Assembly: GCA_022842995.1 (NCBI GenBank)
Contig: JALHOM010000005.1
Location: forward strand, 6,503 to 70,502
DNA: 64,000 nucleotides
Direction of reading: 5' to 3'
Origin: Candidatus Saccharimonadota bacterium
Lineage (GTDB): Bacteria > Patescibacteriota > Saccharimonadia > Saccharimonadales > 2-12-FULL-41-12
Positions 48,275 to 58,279 of the stretch are shown in pieces. Position 1 is the first letter of the stretch; each line of letters starts with the position of its first letter. The notes under the pieces were generated by a model. That model saw only the letters and a list, made by a program, of their open reading frames with translations. It had not been told where the DNA came from and ran no database searches. Position numbers and translations under genes: made by a program.

Positions 48275-49078
48275 TTAATTTTGGCCCTGGGCTTGTTCAG
48301 GAGACATGCTTGGCAGTAAGCAGCCGACAGGATTTTGAGCAGAGACGTCGTAGAGCTCAAGACCGGTTTTTTGTTCCCAGGCATTTTGCATAGATGTTAA
48401 TTCGGAAATGACTTTATCTTTTGCCGCAGACGATAGAAGAGGCGTTGGGCAGAGGTGTGTAGTTTTTCGATTTTCGTCCTTATTAACCTGGAACTCAAAT
48501 CGGAGTAGTCCGTTGTTTTGCTTGGCTGCTTCGCCAAGTTTGTCACCAGCTTTTACTTTGTCGCCTTGCTTGACCGTAATGTTCACTAGGTGGTCATAGC
48601 CAATGGTCCACTTGGAGCCTTCTTTTGGCTGCAAGAAAACTTCGTAATCGTTTGTATCGGCTTGTTGTCTCGTAAAGCCGATGAACCCATCAATAGCAGC
48701 AATTATAGGCGTACCCGGTTTTACCGAAGCAAATTCGAAGTTAGGGTTAAGCCTGTTGCCGGATAATTTATTGCCAAAGTTGTAGTACCCCTTTAGACCA
48801 CGTGAATTGAAATCTCGTGTAGCGTTGGTGTCGATAGCGATGGCGTCGGTGATCGAAGCAACGCCAAGATTTTGTAGTTCAATATCTTTTTCGTCGGCAC
48901 TTTCAGCTTGAGCTGGGTTTTGCGAAGAGTTTTGGTTGTTTTGACTGCCCGAGTTTTTGGTATCGGAATTTTGGGACATGACGTACCAGCCGGCTAGTCC
49001 AACTCCGGCGATTACTACAATAACGAGGATTATAGCCAAGTGACCAAAGCCACTCTGATCCAAAGATAAGCGTTTCAT
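48275..49078 (-). CDS. M23-like domain protein with prepilin-like N-terminus
   Basis: QSG|FGHLAIILVIVV; GTPIIAAIDG, YDHL, VKQGDKVKAGDKLG. Confidence 0.7.
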   Translation of the reverse strand: MKRLSLDQSGFGHLAIILVIVVIAGVGLAGWYVMSQNSDTKNSGSQNNQNSSQNPAQAESADEKDIELQNLGVASITDAIAIDTNATRDFNSRGLKGYYNFGNKLSGNRLNPNFEFASVKPGTPIIAAIDGFIGFTRQQADTNDYEVFLQPKEGSKWTIGYDHLVNITVKQGDKVKAGDKLGEAAKQNNGLLRFEFQVNKDENRKTTHLCPTPLLSSAAKDKVISELTSMQNAWEQKTGLELYDVSAQNPVGCLLPSMSPEQAQGQN

Positions 49079-49122
49079 TACGCTTAACTGTATACCGATA
49101 ACTGAGTACTGGCAACAATTAA

Positions 49123-49917
49123 CTAGCGGGCGAATAGTTGGGTTGTGTAGACGTAGCCTTTGCAGCTGCCGCTTCCGGCCGTGACTACCCCGATGCCGGC
49201 GTAGGTGTAATCGCCGATCATATTGCCGTAGTGTCCTGGTGAGTTTTTGAGGGCCTCTAACACACCGTTGACGGTGCTGTGATATCCGACGTTCTCGGCA
49301 ATTCCACTAACGGTTACTGGTCCGATATTGACGCTTAAAAATTGCCCGAGACTTTGGTGATATATTCCGCAGCTTGCAGCCTGAGCTTGGGCATGGCTTA
49401 AGGCCCAGCCGTTCATGGTGGCGTTTGCAGACAGTGCTGGTTTACCGACGCCGGCTCGCACTGAATTTATAAATGCCAGAGAGGATGATGTTTCGCCGGG
49501 AGTGCTTATTGGTTTTGGCTCGGCAGGTGGCGGTGTGCTCGGGGCGGGAGCTGGTGTTGGCTGGGCGGCCGGTTTTGGTGCAGGTGTGGCTTGAGGGGTC
49601 GGCGGTGTGGCTTCGGCCGGCTTTGTTTCGGTTGCTGGGGCGGCCGGTGGTGAGGTTTGGGTTGAATCAGGGGTCGGCGTAGTCTTTTGGCTTGCAGCAA
49701 TACGAGCCGCTTGCTGTTCTTTGATCTGGGTTAATTTTTGACGTAACTCTATCTGGCTTTTGGTAAGACGCCTATCTATTTGGGTGCTTCGGACTTCAGA
49801 CGCCGTCATAATAAATCCAGCACAGAAAACGGCAATTAAACACAGGGCGGTCGTGTTTTTGTGTTTTACTAACAACCTTTTTGTTTTTTTGACTAGCTTT
49901 TTACGCTGTTTTTGCAT
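49123..49917 (-). CDS. CAP (SCP) domain protein with Pro-rich linker
   Basis: INSVRA..G...L, AENVG, NSPGHYGNM, GIGV, TQLF. Confidence 0.88.
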   Translation of the reverse strand: MQKQRKKLVKKTKRLLVKHKNTTALCLIAVFCAGFIMTASEVRSTQIDRRLTKSQIELRQKLTQIKEQQAARIAASQKTTPTPDSTQTSPPAAPATETKPAEATPPTPQATPAPKPAAQPTPAPAPSTPPPAEPKPISTPGETSSSLAFINSVRAGVGKPALSANATMNGWALSHAQAQAASCGIYHQSLGQFLSVNIGPVTVSGIAENVGYHSTVNGVLEALKNSPGHYGNMIGDYTYAGIGVVTAGSGSCKGYVYTTQLFAR

Positions 49918-49980
49918 AATCGTAATATCTAGTATAGATAATGTGTTTGTAAAAGTCTAGGAAATGTTGCAAAGATTACT

Positions 49981-50655
49981 TTATAGCGTTGTGACTTCGA
50001 GTCGGGTCATAAAATTTGCTACTTGTTCGGCCATTTCTGGATCAATGGCCGTTTCTTTTTTTAAAAAGTCGGCTATTTCTTCTGTGCCGAGGTAGCAATA
50101 GAGATATGGAAAACCCCCTTGTGGCACAATAGGAAGTGATTTGTTCGGCCAGAATTGAACCGCTACGCTACCTAGTAATATAGCCGTTGAAGCGTGGGCA
50201 GTTACGGGCTGGTCTTCCGGTACGCTTAAGTCACCTTCTTCCACGGCGGTATAAATGCGACCATCGCGTAATTTGGTTTCAGGGTCATAGCCAGTAATCC
50301 AACGTGTTGTGTCGCCTTCATCAAAGGTTCCCAAAATCCCGTACAGTATAGAACTAGGGTTGGAGGTGAGGAGGATTGGCTTGCCGATATTAAAAAAATC
50401 TAGTCGTTCTGCGAGTCGCGCTCTTCTGGCGATAAAGCTATTTGGGTCTAGGTCTTCAGGGTACGAACCTCCCAGGTATATCTGCCAGGCTAGGGAATTG
50501 ACCGAAATTAATTTGCCTGCAGCATGTTGATCTATGAGAGTCCTAAACTCGCGGGCGTGCTCATGTCTGTGGCTGCCAGGAGTCAGTAGTTCATAGATAG
50601 CTTGGTTTACCTCTGGGATTGATACAGAAGGAATTATCTCTGGTTTAGCAGGCAT
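49981..50655 (-). CDS. Hypothetical protein
   Basis: 224-aa ORF with no recognised motif. Confidence 0.55.
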   Translation of the reverse strand: MPAKPEIIPSVSIPEVNQAIYELLTPGSHRHEHAREFRTLIDQHAAGKLISVNSLAWQIYLGGSYPEDLDPNSFIARRARLAERLDFFNIGKPILLTSNPSSILYGILGTFDEGDTTRWITGYDPETKLRDGRIYTAVEEGDLSVPEDQPVTAHASTAILLGSVAVQFWPNKSLPIVPQGGFPYLYCYLGTEEIADFLKKETAIDPEMAEQVANFMTRLEVTTL

Positions 50656-50731
50656 AAATTAATTAGAGCATTTTTTGCGATATTAGTCTACGCCTGAGGA
50701 GGATTTGGCTAGTCTGTAGCTTTGTAAGCAA

Positions 50732-51394
50732 TTAATTTAGCGCAAGGTTAACTGGGAATATTTTAACGCCACTGTTTTGGGCAGCTAGCTGTGCTACTCT
50801 ACGGGCGAGCGCAGGGTTTTGGCGTGATAGTTCGCCTGTTTCAAAGTAACTTCTTGTTTGACTGAAATTCAGTCGTTGATTATTTGTCCCCCTGTAAGCA
50901 CGCGATCTTAAAAGGGTCTTTACTCCATTACTGAATTTAAGATTTGAGTAGGCACTCACGTATACTGACCCGTAGTCGAATGCGACGACTCGCTCTTCCA
51001 TCCTGTCGTCGGGTGATTTGCTGTGTTCAAAACCGCAGTTGCCGAGAATGTTTATGATAGGCTTATAAACTGTGCTTTGAGGAGCCGTAGTTTCGTCGTT
51101 ATTAGTAAGCCGGACTGGGGCTAAGATATTACTCTGTACTGCTAGCCGAAATGAAGTATCTGGGTCGGACTGTGCGCGGGCGACCATTTTTGCGCATAGT
51201 TCTACTGCTTTTTGTTCGGCGATGTTGCTACTACCTTGACCGGGAGCAAGACCAATGTTCAGATCGCCATTAAGTATGGTAGCGATAGGAGGTACCGGAG
51301 TAGTTATGTCTTGCCCTACTGCTTCTCCTGTTACAGTTAGCAGTTTGGCGGTCGCACAGACGACAGCGGCGGTTTTTAGAATTCTTGATCTCAT
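50732..51394 (-). CDS. Hypothetical secreted protein
   Basis: Signal-peptide-like N-terminus; TGGTATAAT promoter upstream. Confidence 0.55.
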   Translation of the reverse strand: MRSRILKTAAVVCATAKLLTVTGEAVGQDITTPVPPIATILNGDLNIGLAPGQGSSNIAEQKAVELCAKMVARAQSDPDTSFRLAVQSNILAPVRLTNNDETTAPQSTVYKPIINILGNCGFEHSKSPDDRMEERVVAFDYGSVYVSAYSNLKFSNGVKTLLRSRAYRGTNNQRLNFSQTRSYFETGELSRQNPALARRVAQLAAQNSGVKIFPVNLALN

Positions 51395-51497
51395 AATAAT
51401 CTCTTAAAACCAATATTATACCACACTCGTCAATCGAATGGCATAGTAAATGTTATAATGATAAGCCGAATTTAGCACCGTTTAGGCATAAGAATCG

Positions 51498-52151
51498 ATG
51501 AGTGGCAGAGTTGCAAATATCGTAGATAAATCGGCAAGGTATATGGGTTTCGAAACGCCTCCCGGCAGGTTGCCTGATTCGCCTCGGGTATATGTGTCGG
51601 GGCAAGTTATTGCTCGGCGGGGGGAGCCTGCGATTGAGTACGATTCGTTGACTGAACTATTCAGGGCTTTTGGACATAACGATCCACGTAAAGTCACGAT
51701 GTTTCTCGTTGGTAGCACTCTGCTTAATAAAGTCGACTCGGTAGGCTTACCTTACTTTATGCCGAGTGGAATGGTTTTTCCTGTTATTCCTTCACTCAGA
51801 AATCTCATGATTATAAACGCTATCGCTCCTTTAAATCATGATAACCCTCAGCGCCATATCACTGATCGGATTGTGTATCAGGCTGCTAGAATGGGTCAGT
51901 CCCATAGTTCAATGCCTTTAATCGGACGTACTGCCCTGGAAAGTCTGGCTGGCCGAAGCTTTGTATCATGGTTTGGCGATACGGTTGGTGATAAGGCGCC
52001 GTATGTACCGAGTTTGTTGACTGTTTTGCTATTCCGAGCACTTTATGCGCACAGTGAGTACGGTCACCTCGATGCGCGAGAGGCTACAGAGAGTGGGGCG
52101 GTCGATCATCATTTAAATACGGTGCGTTTCCCTGTCTATGCAGGTAGCTAG
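51498..52151 (+). CDS. Hypothetical protein
   Basis: 217-aa ORF; TGTTATAAT upstream. Confidence 0.5.
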   Translation: MSGRVANIVDKSARYMGFETPPGRLPDSPRVYVSGQVIARRGEPAIEYDSLTELFRAFGHNDPRKVTMFLVGSTLLNKVDSVGLPYFMPSGMVFPVIPSLRNLMIINAIAPLNHDNPQRHITDRIVYQAARMGQSHSSMPLIGRTALESLAGRSFVSWFGDTVGDKAPYVPSLLTVLLFRALYAHSEYGHLDAREATESGAVDHHLNTVRFPVYAGS

Positions 52152-52786
52152 TTCTGGATAATTTCAACTATCTCTTTAAGATTTGAAACGGCGTACGTCG
52201 CCGTTGATTCTAGGGGTGAATCTTTGAAGGTGATGCTTATGCCGCATATTTGAAACAGCTCGGCGTCATTGGCTCCATCGCCGACGCAGACAACTTGGTT
52301 CATGGGGATATTTAACTCATCGGCTATCTTTTGAGCCTGGGTGGCTTTGTAGGTTGAGTCGTTGTCGACAGTCTCTATTGACTTCAAGAAGTTATTTTCG
52401 TCGAATATAAAGCGGTTATTGCAGGCCCATGCTTTTATGCCGAGCTCCCCGGCTACTTTCTCGACCAGAATATCCATAGACCCAGATATCAGGGCAAGAT
52501 GATGGCCGGCTTGAAGTAGTGCGGCTACGGATTCTTGAGCACCAGGAAGGTAGGTGTAGCGTGAAAGTACTTTTTCTATCGAAGATCGACTACTGTCACC
52601 ACGTTTTTTATAGATGTTACATAAAATAGCCTGGCCCTCGGCGTCAGAAATCGTGCCTTCTTGGCCCCATTTCATGAGCATGTCGTCTTCTTCTGTAGAG
52701 ACACCCATTGCTTTGTTGAGTTCGAGCCAAGAGTTTTCTTGAATGAGGGTTTTGTTGAGGTCAAAAATGATAAGTTTTGGCTTCAT
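52148..52786 (-). CDS. HAD-IB family phosphatase (SerB-like)
   Basis: IIFDLNKTL (motif I with N in place of the second D), ISGS, K, VGDGAND. Confidence 0.82.
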   Translation of the reverse strand: MKPKLIIFDLNKTLIQENSWLELNKAMGVSTEEDDMLMKWGQEGTISDAEGQAILCNIYKKRGDSSRSSIEKVLSRYTYLPGAQESVAALLQAGHHLALISGSMDILVEKVAGELGIKAWACNNRFIFDENNFLKSIETVDNDSTYKATQAQKIADELNIPMNQVVCVGDGANDAELFQICGISITFKDSPLESTATYAVSNLKEIVEIIQN

Positions 52787-52808
52787 GGTTTTAAGTATAG
52801 CCTGGTGT

Positions 52809-53384
52809 TTAGGTGGTTGTCTCGTAGACAAGGTTTTCGTGAAGCTCGGCGTTTGTCAGTGTGTGTTTGCCTACTTTTTGCGGCACAAAAAGAGTGAGAT
52901 TTTGCAGGTAGCGTTCGTCAGTTTGGCTAGAAGGGATGTCTTTTAGGGATTTCTCGATTGCTTCTTTGATAGTTTTTTCAGAACAAATTACTTCTGTAAC
53001 CCCATTTTGTCTGGAGACGCTCGCACCAAAAGAGTGGACCGGATTGGTGTCTACGAGTTCGGTGTAGGTGAGGCTCAACACCCACTTTGTTGACGTGAAA
53101 TTGCCTGCTTTGTAATTGACTAGTATCCTGCGAAGTATCTCAAGGGATTCTTCGTCGTCTCTGTCTGTTCTATATTCTTCGTAAATGTCGAAGGCTAGAT
53201 CCTCGATACCGCCAAGCATTGGGTGTGTGCCGTCTTCGAACTGGTAGCTTTGGGCGCACACGTAAATAAGTTTGGCAGCTTCTTGTAAGCCGAGCCTATC
53301 TTCGTCGTATGCCCTTAATACTGTCTCTACATAATCAATAAAGTAGTGGTTTTTTACATATTGCTGGTTGACGGTTTGCATCAT
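52809..53384 (-). CDS. Hypothetical protein
   Basis: 191-aa ORF, ATGA-coupled to the upstream ORF. Confidence 0.6.
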   Translation of the reverse strand: MMQTVNQQYVKNHYFIDYVETVLRAYDEDRLGLQEAAKLIYVCAQSYQFEDGTHPMLGGIEDLAFDIYEEYRTDRDDEESLEILRRILVNYKAGNFTSTKWVLSLTYTELVDTNPVHSFGASVSRQNGVTEVICSEKTIKEAIEKSLKDIPSSQTDERYLQNLTLFVPQKVGKHTLTNAELHENLVYETTT

Positions 53385-53707
53385 AATTTACCTTGCATAA
53401 ATTCAGTAATCTCTCGGCTGAGTAAATGGTCGGCTTCGTCGAGCTCTTTCCGGAAGTTCCCGTTTAACTCGCTATCCGTAAACGCTTGGGTACTGATAAA
53501 AATTCCTAGATGCGTGTTCGATATCTGGAAGCTGACATATTCTGATTTTTTATATTTATGAATGATATCCATCAGTCCGTTCGCGAGGCCCATAGATGCG
53601 TCTAGATCGGCAATGTTTTTATAGTAGAAAATCACTAGTGACTTAGAGCCGTCAGGGTGATCAACGGTTTTCCATATCGGAGTCTTTGATGTTAGTTTTT
53701 GGCTCAT
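53381..53707 (-). CDS. Hypothetical protein
   Basis: 108-aa ORF; TATAAT 7 nt before ATG. Confidence 0.6.
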   Translation of the reverse strand: MSQKLTSKTPIWKTVDHPDGSKSLVIFYYKNIADLDASMGLANGLMDIIHKYKKSEYVSFQISNTHLGIFISTQAFTDSELNGNFRKELDEADHLLSREITEFMQGKL

Positions 53708-53858
53708 ATTATTGATTATATACTTTGTTTCGATAGAAAAGTTCTATTAATTTGATGGTTTCCGTCTGCAAGTATCGTGCAAAATTATCTCGTTGAAATC
53801 TGAATTGATTGCCAAAGGAAGTCTGTTATGTCTAGTTTCATAGATCTGAAGCAGAATG

Positions 53859-54659
53859 CTAATTTGATTTCATTAAATGAATAAACTCACCTTCTGGATC
53901 GGAAGAATTCTCTTGGAAATAGTGCCAAAAAGCATTAAATTTCACCACAGTATCTATCCAGAAATCGATTTCTTTCTCGTCATTTGTCTCAAGGCCTTTT
54001 GAGATTATCTTTCTATCTTGACTTGTAGCTTTGTAGCTAGCATTAAGCAAAGCCGGGTTTTGTTTTTGGCTGGCTATAGATCCGGTTACTCTGGCGATTA
54101 GGTCAGTATAGGGTTTTCCGATGAGCAGATTTAGTAGACGAAATTCAAATTCAAAGACACGGGCTTCCTCGACCCAGAAAGAGTCTTTTGCATTGCGATC
54201 AATCTTTTTTTCAAGGTCAAACCAGGCATGTTTTCCTTCGTGAAGTAAAATTATCCCTTTTCCGGGATTTTGGAAACCGCTAAGGGGAAGGTAAATTGCT
54301 CGAGACCCTTCTTGGTATGTGGCTGTGGCTTTTAGATTCCCAATAGCAAAATCTTTGCGACGATCCTTATCAGGCAGTCTTGTGACATCTTTTTTAATAA
54401 TTGGAGTCAATACGGCGTAGTCTTCTGCTGGTCTGCTCGGTTTTTCTCGGAAAAAGCTTACCACGCCTCCTTCTGGTATTGGAGCGCCAACTATTGTTCT
54501 GGTGTTAAGAAAATCCCAGACCTCTAACGCTTCAGAATCCTGAGTAGTTTCAGCTATTTGTTTTGCTGCTAAAGCCCAAGATTTCGCTAATTCGTAGCGT
54601 TCCATCATGTCCAGTTCGGAAATGAGGTTTTCTGTATTGGATTTTTCAGGCTGCTGCAT
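53859..54659 (-). CDS. Hypothetical protein with HExxH (possible zincin)
   Basis: IILLHEGKHAW followed by EEARVF. Confidence 0.6.
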   Translation of the reverse strand: MQQPEKSNTENLISELDMMERYELAKSWALAAKQIAETTQDSEALEVWDFLNTRTIVGAPIPEGGVVSFFREKPSRPAEDYAVLTPIIKKDVTRLPDKDRRKDFAIGNLKATATYQEGSRAIYLPLSGFQNPGKGIILLHEGKHAWFDLEKKIDRNAKDSFWVEEARVFEFEFRLLNLLIGKPYTDLIARVTGSIASQKQNPALLNASYKATSQDRKIISKGLETNDEKEIDFWIDTVVKFNAFWHYFQENSSDPEGEFIHLMKSN

Positions 54660-54731
54660 AGCTAGATAGTACCACTCTTTAGACAGCGCTGTAGTGGATT
54701 TTCTGAATTGTTCTAAGAACCAGAAAGTTTA

Positions 54732-55229
54732 TCATTTAATCTTGAAGACTGTAAGGATGTCGCCCATCGAAGAGATGTAATTTTGGGGATTTTTCTTATA
54801 ATCTTCGATCAATGTTGGTATTTCTATCCATTTGATTTGCTCTACTTCGGATTCTTGATACGTAAAGTAATCGAGCGGTTCGTCAATCACGGCCGTAAAC
54901 CAGTGGGTAAAGTAGCGGTAAGGCCCGTTGATCATATGCTTCGGACCAACTTCAATACTGATGCCTGTTAACCCTAACTCTTCTTCGGCTTCGCGCTGAA
55001 TTGTTTGGAGGTAGGTGTCGTCGCCCTCTACCGTTCCACCCACGGCTTCACCCCACCTGCCGGGATCGAGCTTTTTATCAAACTTTCTTTGGGCGAGCAA
55101 GACCTCATTTTTGCTGTTGGTGATCCATAGGGATGCGCCTCGATATATGTCTTCGGCTGGGATAATTTCTGCGCGCTCTTTGTAATTAATGATCGCGTCA
55201 TTTAAATCGACGATGGGGACTTTTGTCAT
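54732..55229 (-). CDS. NUDIX hydrolase (Idi-like subfamily)
   Basis: IVD..D, VLLAQR...K..DPG.W...GG, REAEEELG, QESEV. Confidence 0.85.
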   Translation of the reverse strand: MTKVPIVDLNDAIINYKERAEIIPAEDIYRGASLWITNSKNEVLLAQRKFDKKLDPGRWGEAVGGTVEGDDTYLQTIQREAEEELGLTGISIEVGPKHMINGPYRYFTHWFTAVIDEPLDYFTYQESEVEQIKWIEIPTLIEDYKKNPQNYISSMGDILTVFKIK

Positions 55230-55300
55230 GGTTTTATTCTAGCAAACACGAGAAACAATGGTTTCCAATGTTCGTGAATTGACAGATGTAGCTTCTAGTT

Positions 55301-55549
55301 TTATCTGACGCGGGTGACGAGCTTGACGTTTGCGAGGTAGGTGTCTGGGTCGAGGGCGGGGTTGCTGACAAGGTAGTTCATGTGTTTGTCGACAAACGGC
55401 ATGAGATTGTCGGCGTATAACAAGGAGTTCGCGCTGTATGTTGAGGCTGTATTGTAGGTCGGATCTTCTGTCATGAGCAAAAGCTCGTCTCGAACCTGGC
55501 GACCTTTATCGGAAGTGAGAAAATTGGTTCTGCTTTTTACGACGGGCAT
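55301..55549 (-). CDS. Small hypothetical protein
   Basis: 82-aa ORF. Confidence 0.65.
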   Translation of the reverse strand: MPVVKSRTNFLTSDKGRQVRDELLLMTEDPTYNTASTYSANSLLYADNLMPFVDKHMNYLVSNPALDPDTYLANVKLVTRVR

Positions 55550-55552
55550 TTT

Positions 55553-55609
55553 TTAGGTCTTTGCTTTTTTAGGTTTTTTGACTTCTTTGCGTCCTCTGTC
55601 TTTTGACAT
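55553..55609 (-). CDS. Possible 18-aa basic peptide
   Basis: MSKDRGRKEVKKPKKAKT*, AAGGA RBS, stop 3 nt before the next ATG. Confidence 0.45.
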   Translation of the reverse strand: MSKDRGRKEVKKPKKAKT

Positions 55610-55837
55610 GTGGTTCCTTTCGTCAACACTCCGATACGATCATAGTAGTTGTAATATCGTCTATATTACTAACTATACGCCTAAATTTGACAATTACCTA
55701 ATCGCATATTAGAAAATATTTTAATTTAAATCATAAGCCACTTTTTGGTCCAGCGTATTTTTGGTGTATTCGCTGACTTACGGTCGAGTGCTGATTGTAA
55801 GGCCAGCGTTCTGCCGAACGGCCGCCGTCTTTCTCTT

Positions 55838-56305
55838 TCAGGTGTATTTTATGACCGCGAATGCTAAAAAGATTAGACTGCCCAGAATCATAGCCCCCGC
55901 CAAACTGAAGGCAAAGATTTTTAAGAAGCGGCTCTTAGCTTGTCTGAGTTCGTATTGGTAACGAGAGTCAATGGCGGAAAAGGTGTCTGGATCTAGTTTT
56001 AGGAGTTGAGCTCTCGCTATGTCAGTCATGCGATTTTTGAGCGTCATTAGCTTTAATAGACCGTAAAGGGGAGCGCAGGTTACGCCGAGTGCGAGGGCGA
56101 GGCCGATAATCGACCCTTCGCGTCTGGTTTGTCCTGGTTCATAGCCAAAAGCAGAGAGTATGATCATCAGAATTAATGAAAGCACCCCTACGCCAATCCA
56201 GAAAAAGGATCGCTTGAGTGCGTTATTCCTTAATTTTCTACGCTCAGGAGGGCTGATATATTTCAGCGGATGCTTGTATCGCTCAAGAGGGAGAGGGGCA
56301 GTCAT
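55838..56305 (-). CDS. Hypothetical membrane protein (3 TM)
   Basis: Three hydrophobic helices. Confidence 0.65.
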   Translation of the reverse strand: MTAPLPLERYKHPLKYISPPERRKLRNNALKRSFFWIGVGVLSLILMIILSAFGYEPGQTRREGSIIGLALALGVTCAPLYGLLKLMTLKNRMTDIARAQLLKLDPDTFSAIDSRYQYELRQAKSRFLKIFAFSLAGAMILGSLIFLAFAVIKYT

Positions 56306-56415
56306 GATGTTACTATATCAAAAATCATTTTATCTGACTTGCTTGCTCGGAGATGATATACACTGACTTTACTTAAATCGATATCTCCAGTTTATTTAAC
56401 AAGGATTGTTCCAAA

Positions 56416-57258
56416 CTACATTTCTAAAAAGTTTCCAAAGCCTGATTTTTTGGTCAGGTGGATTTTTTTCAAGGTTTCTATATCTTCTGGCTCAAGAACT
56501 ATTTGCATCGAATCTTTGATCTGTTGCCAGTGTTCAAGGGAGCTGGCTTTTATGGTAAAGCATACCCCGTCATAGCTGTTGAGGTAGGCGAGGGCAATTT
56601 GATGAGGAGTAACCTTCAGTTTATTTGCAATTATTTTTAGGGCAGAAGAGATATCAGGATCTTCGTCGATATCGGCAAGAGTTCTATAGGCTTGGATGGG
56701 GATATTATTTTCTCTGCACATATCGTAAGTTCCGCTAGACAGAATCGAGCTGTCACTTAACGAGAAGCTGACTTGGTTGACGGTGATTGGGGTTTCCGAC
56801 GTTTCGAGTGCGACGTGAAGTGATTTAGGACCAAAATTACTGACGCCTACGTGTTTAATGACGCCTTCTTTGGCTAATTGATTGGTTGCTTTAAAAAAGT
56901 CTGTTAAATCAAAATCAGGATTTGGCGCGTGGCACAAGAAATAATCAACGTAGTCTAGTTTTAGTCTAGTGAGGCTGTCGTTGAAGCCGCTCATGACCTG
57001 ATCGTACTCTAGATGAATGCGGTTCTGTTTGGTTAAAATTCGATAGCTACTCCTCGGGTAGTTGGCGATAGCTTGGCCCACTAATTCTTCGCATCTTCCA
57101 TTGGCGTAATTTTGAGCAGTATCAATAAGGCCAACGCCGAAGTCGAGGGCAGTCTTTATGGCTCCGATATCTCGTTGGTCGTCATTGTTGGGGTCGGGGT
57201 CTTTGGTCCCACCCATCAGCCAAGTTCCAAGAGCGAGTTTTGGGAAGTCTGTTTGCAT
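56416..57258 (-). CDS. Aldo/keto reductase
   Basis: LGTW, IDTAQNY, SL.RL.LDYVDYFL.H.P, VGVSNF, NQV. Confidence 0.9.
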   Translation of the reverse strand: MQTDFPKLALGTWLMGGTKDPDPNNDDQRDIGAIKTALDFGVGLIDTAQNYANGRCEELVGQAIANYPRSSYRILTKQNRIHLEYDQVMSGFNDSLTRLKLDYVDYFLCHAPNPDFDLTDFFKATNQLAKEGVIKHVGVSNFGPKSLHVALETSETPITVNQVSFSLSDSSILSSGTYDMCRENNIPIQAYRTLADIDEDPDISSALKIIANKLKVTPHQIALAYLNSYDGVCFTIKASSLEHWQQIKDSMQIVLEPEDIETLKKIHLTKKSGFGNFLEM

Positions 57259-57399
57259 ATTCGACGTTTAGTATAGCAAATAGCAGATTTCTAGCGGTTG
57301 TTTCGTCCAAGAAAGCCAGTGTTGCACTGGTGTGGGATGGTTGTGCGGGGGAGCCGTTGAGGAGGAGTATGTTTATGGGATTCTGATAGCAGAAAGGTT

Positions 57400-58140
57400 T
57401 CAGGTCGTTGGTTTTTTGCCAATAAACAATCGTCGGTTGAGTCCTTCAGGGTCTATATATACTTCTAACCCGGCTTTAACGAATGCATCTGTTATTTCCT
57501 CATCTGTATACAGTGCTAATTCATGGACTTCTACAAAATGATCGACTGTATCGTTTCTGCCGACCATGTGATGCATGTTGAGTGTTGATATCTTGCCATC
57601 GTTTGTATGTGTGCCCATCCTTGACACCCAGATTCCGTCACCCGACCCAGACTCTAGTGAAATATATCCTGGGATCAAGTCTTCTACTCGTAGCCAAGGT
57701 TCAATTAAAACTAAGCCGCCTGGCTTGGTGTGGTTTGCCATTTTGGCCAGCGCAATATCCAAATTTTCTTTTGATTTTAAATAGCCAATTGAGCTGAAAA
57801 GACATAGAACCGTATCGTACTGTTTGCCAGTATTAAAATTGAGCATGTCTGCTTGAAAAATATTTATTTCTGGCAATCGCTGTTTTGCTGCGGCAACTTG
57901 TTCTGGCGAAAGGTCAAAACCTTCTACGGTAAACTCGTCTTCTAGGTACCCTAGGTAGGTTCCTGTGCCACATGCAACTTCAAGAATTTCATTTCCTCCC
58001 GACTCGCAATGATCTTCAATAATCTTTGTAATTTTTGCGGCCTCAGCAGCGTAGTTTTTATTTGCATATAAAAGATCGTAAATCTCCGCCGTCATATGGG
58101 AGTATGGGGGGTGTTCTTTGATGGGGACTGTTTCGCTCAT
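57400..58140 (-). CDS. Class I SAM-dependent methyltransferase
   Basis: AEIYDLLY..KNY..EA, ILEVACGTG, CLFSSIGY, PGG. Confidence 0.9.
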   Translation of the reverse strand: MSETVPIKEHPPYSHMTAEIYDLLYANKNYAAEAAKITKIIEDHCESGGNEILEVACGTGTYLGYLEDEFTVEGFDLSPEQVAAAKQRLPEINIFQADMLNFNTGKQYDTVLCLFSSIGYLKSKENLDIALAKMANHTKPGGLVLIEPWLRVEDLIPGYISLESGSGDGIWVSRMGTHTNDGKISTLNMHHMVGRNDTVDHFVEVHELALYTDEEITDAFVKAGLEVYIDPEGLNRRLFIGKKPTT

Positions 58141-58279
58141 AGGATTAGCATATCAAATATGAGTGAAACTATAGTTCTAAATAGTCTGCTTGTTTCCATC
58201 TACAGCTTGATTTAACTGGACAAAGCCGGCTCCAGAGATTTAAGTATCGGTTAAGTTTTGGTCTTGGTATAATGCGGCT

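Noticed and set aside
54732..55229. NUDIX gene as true IPP isomerase feeding the carotenoid genes
   Set aside because: The catalytic Cys and metal-binding His residues of type I Idi are not evident, and it lies over 30 kb from the crt genes
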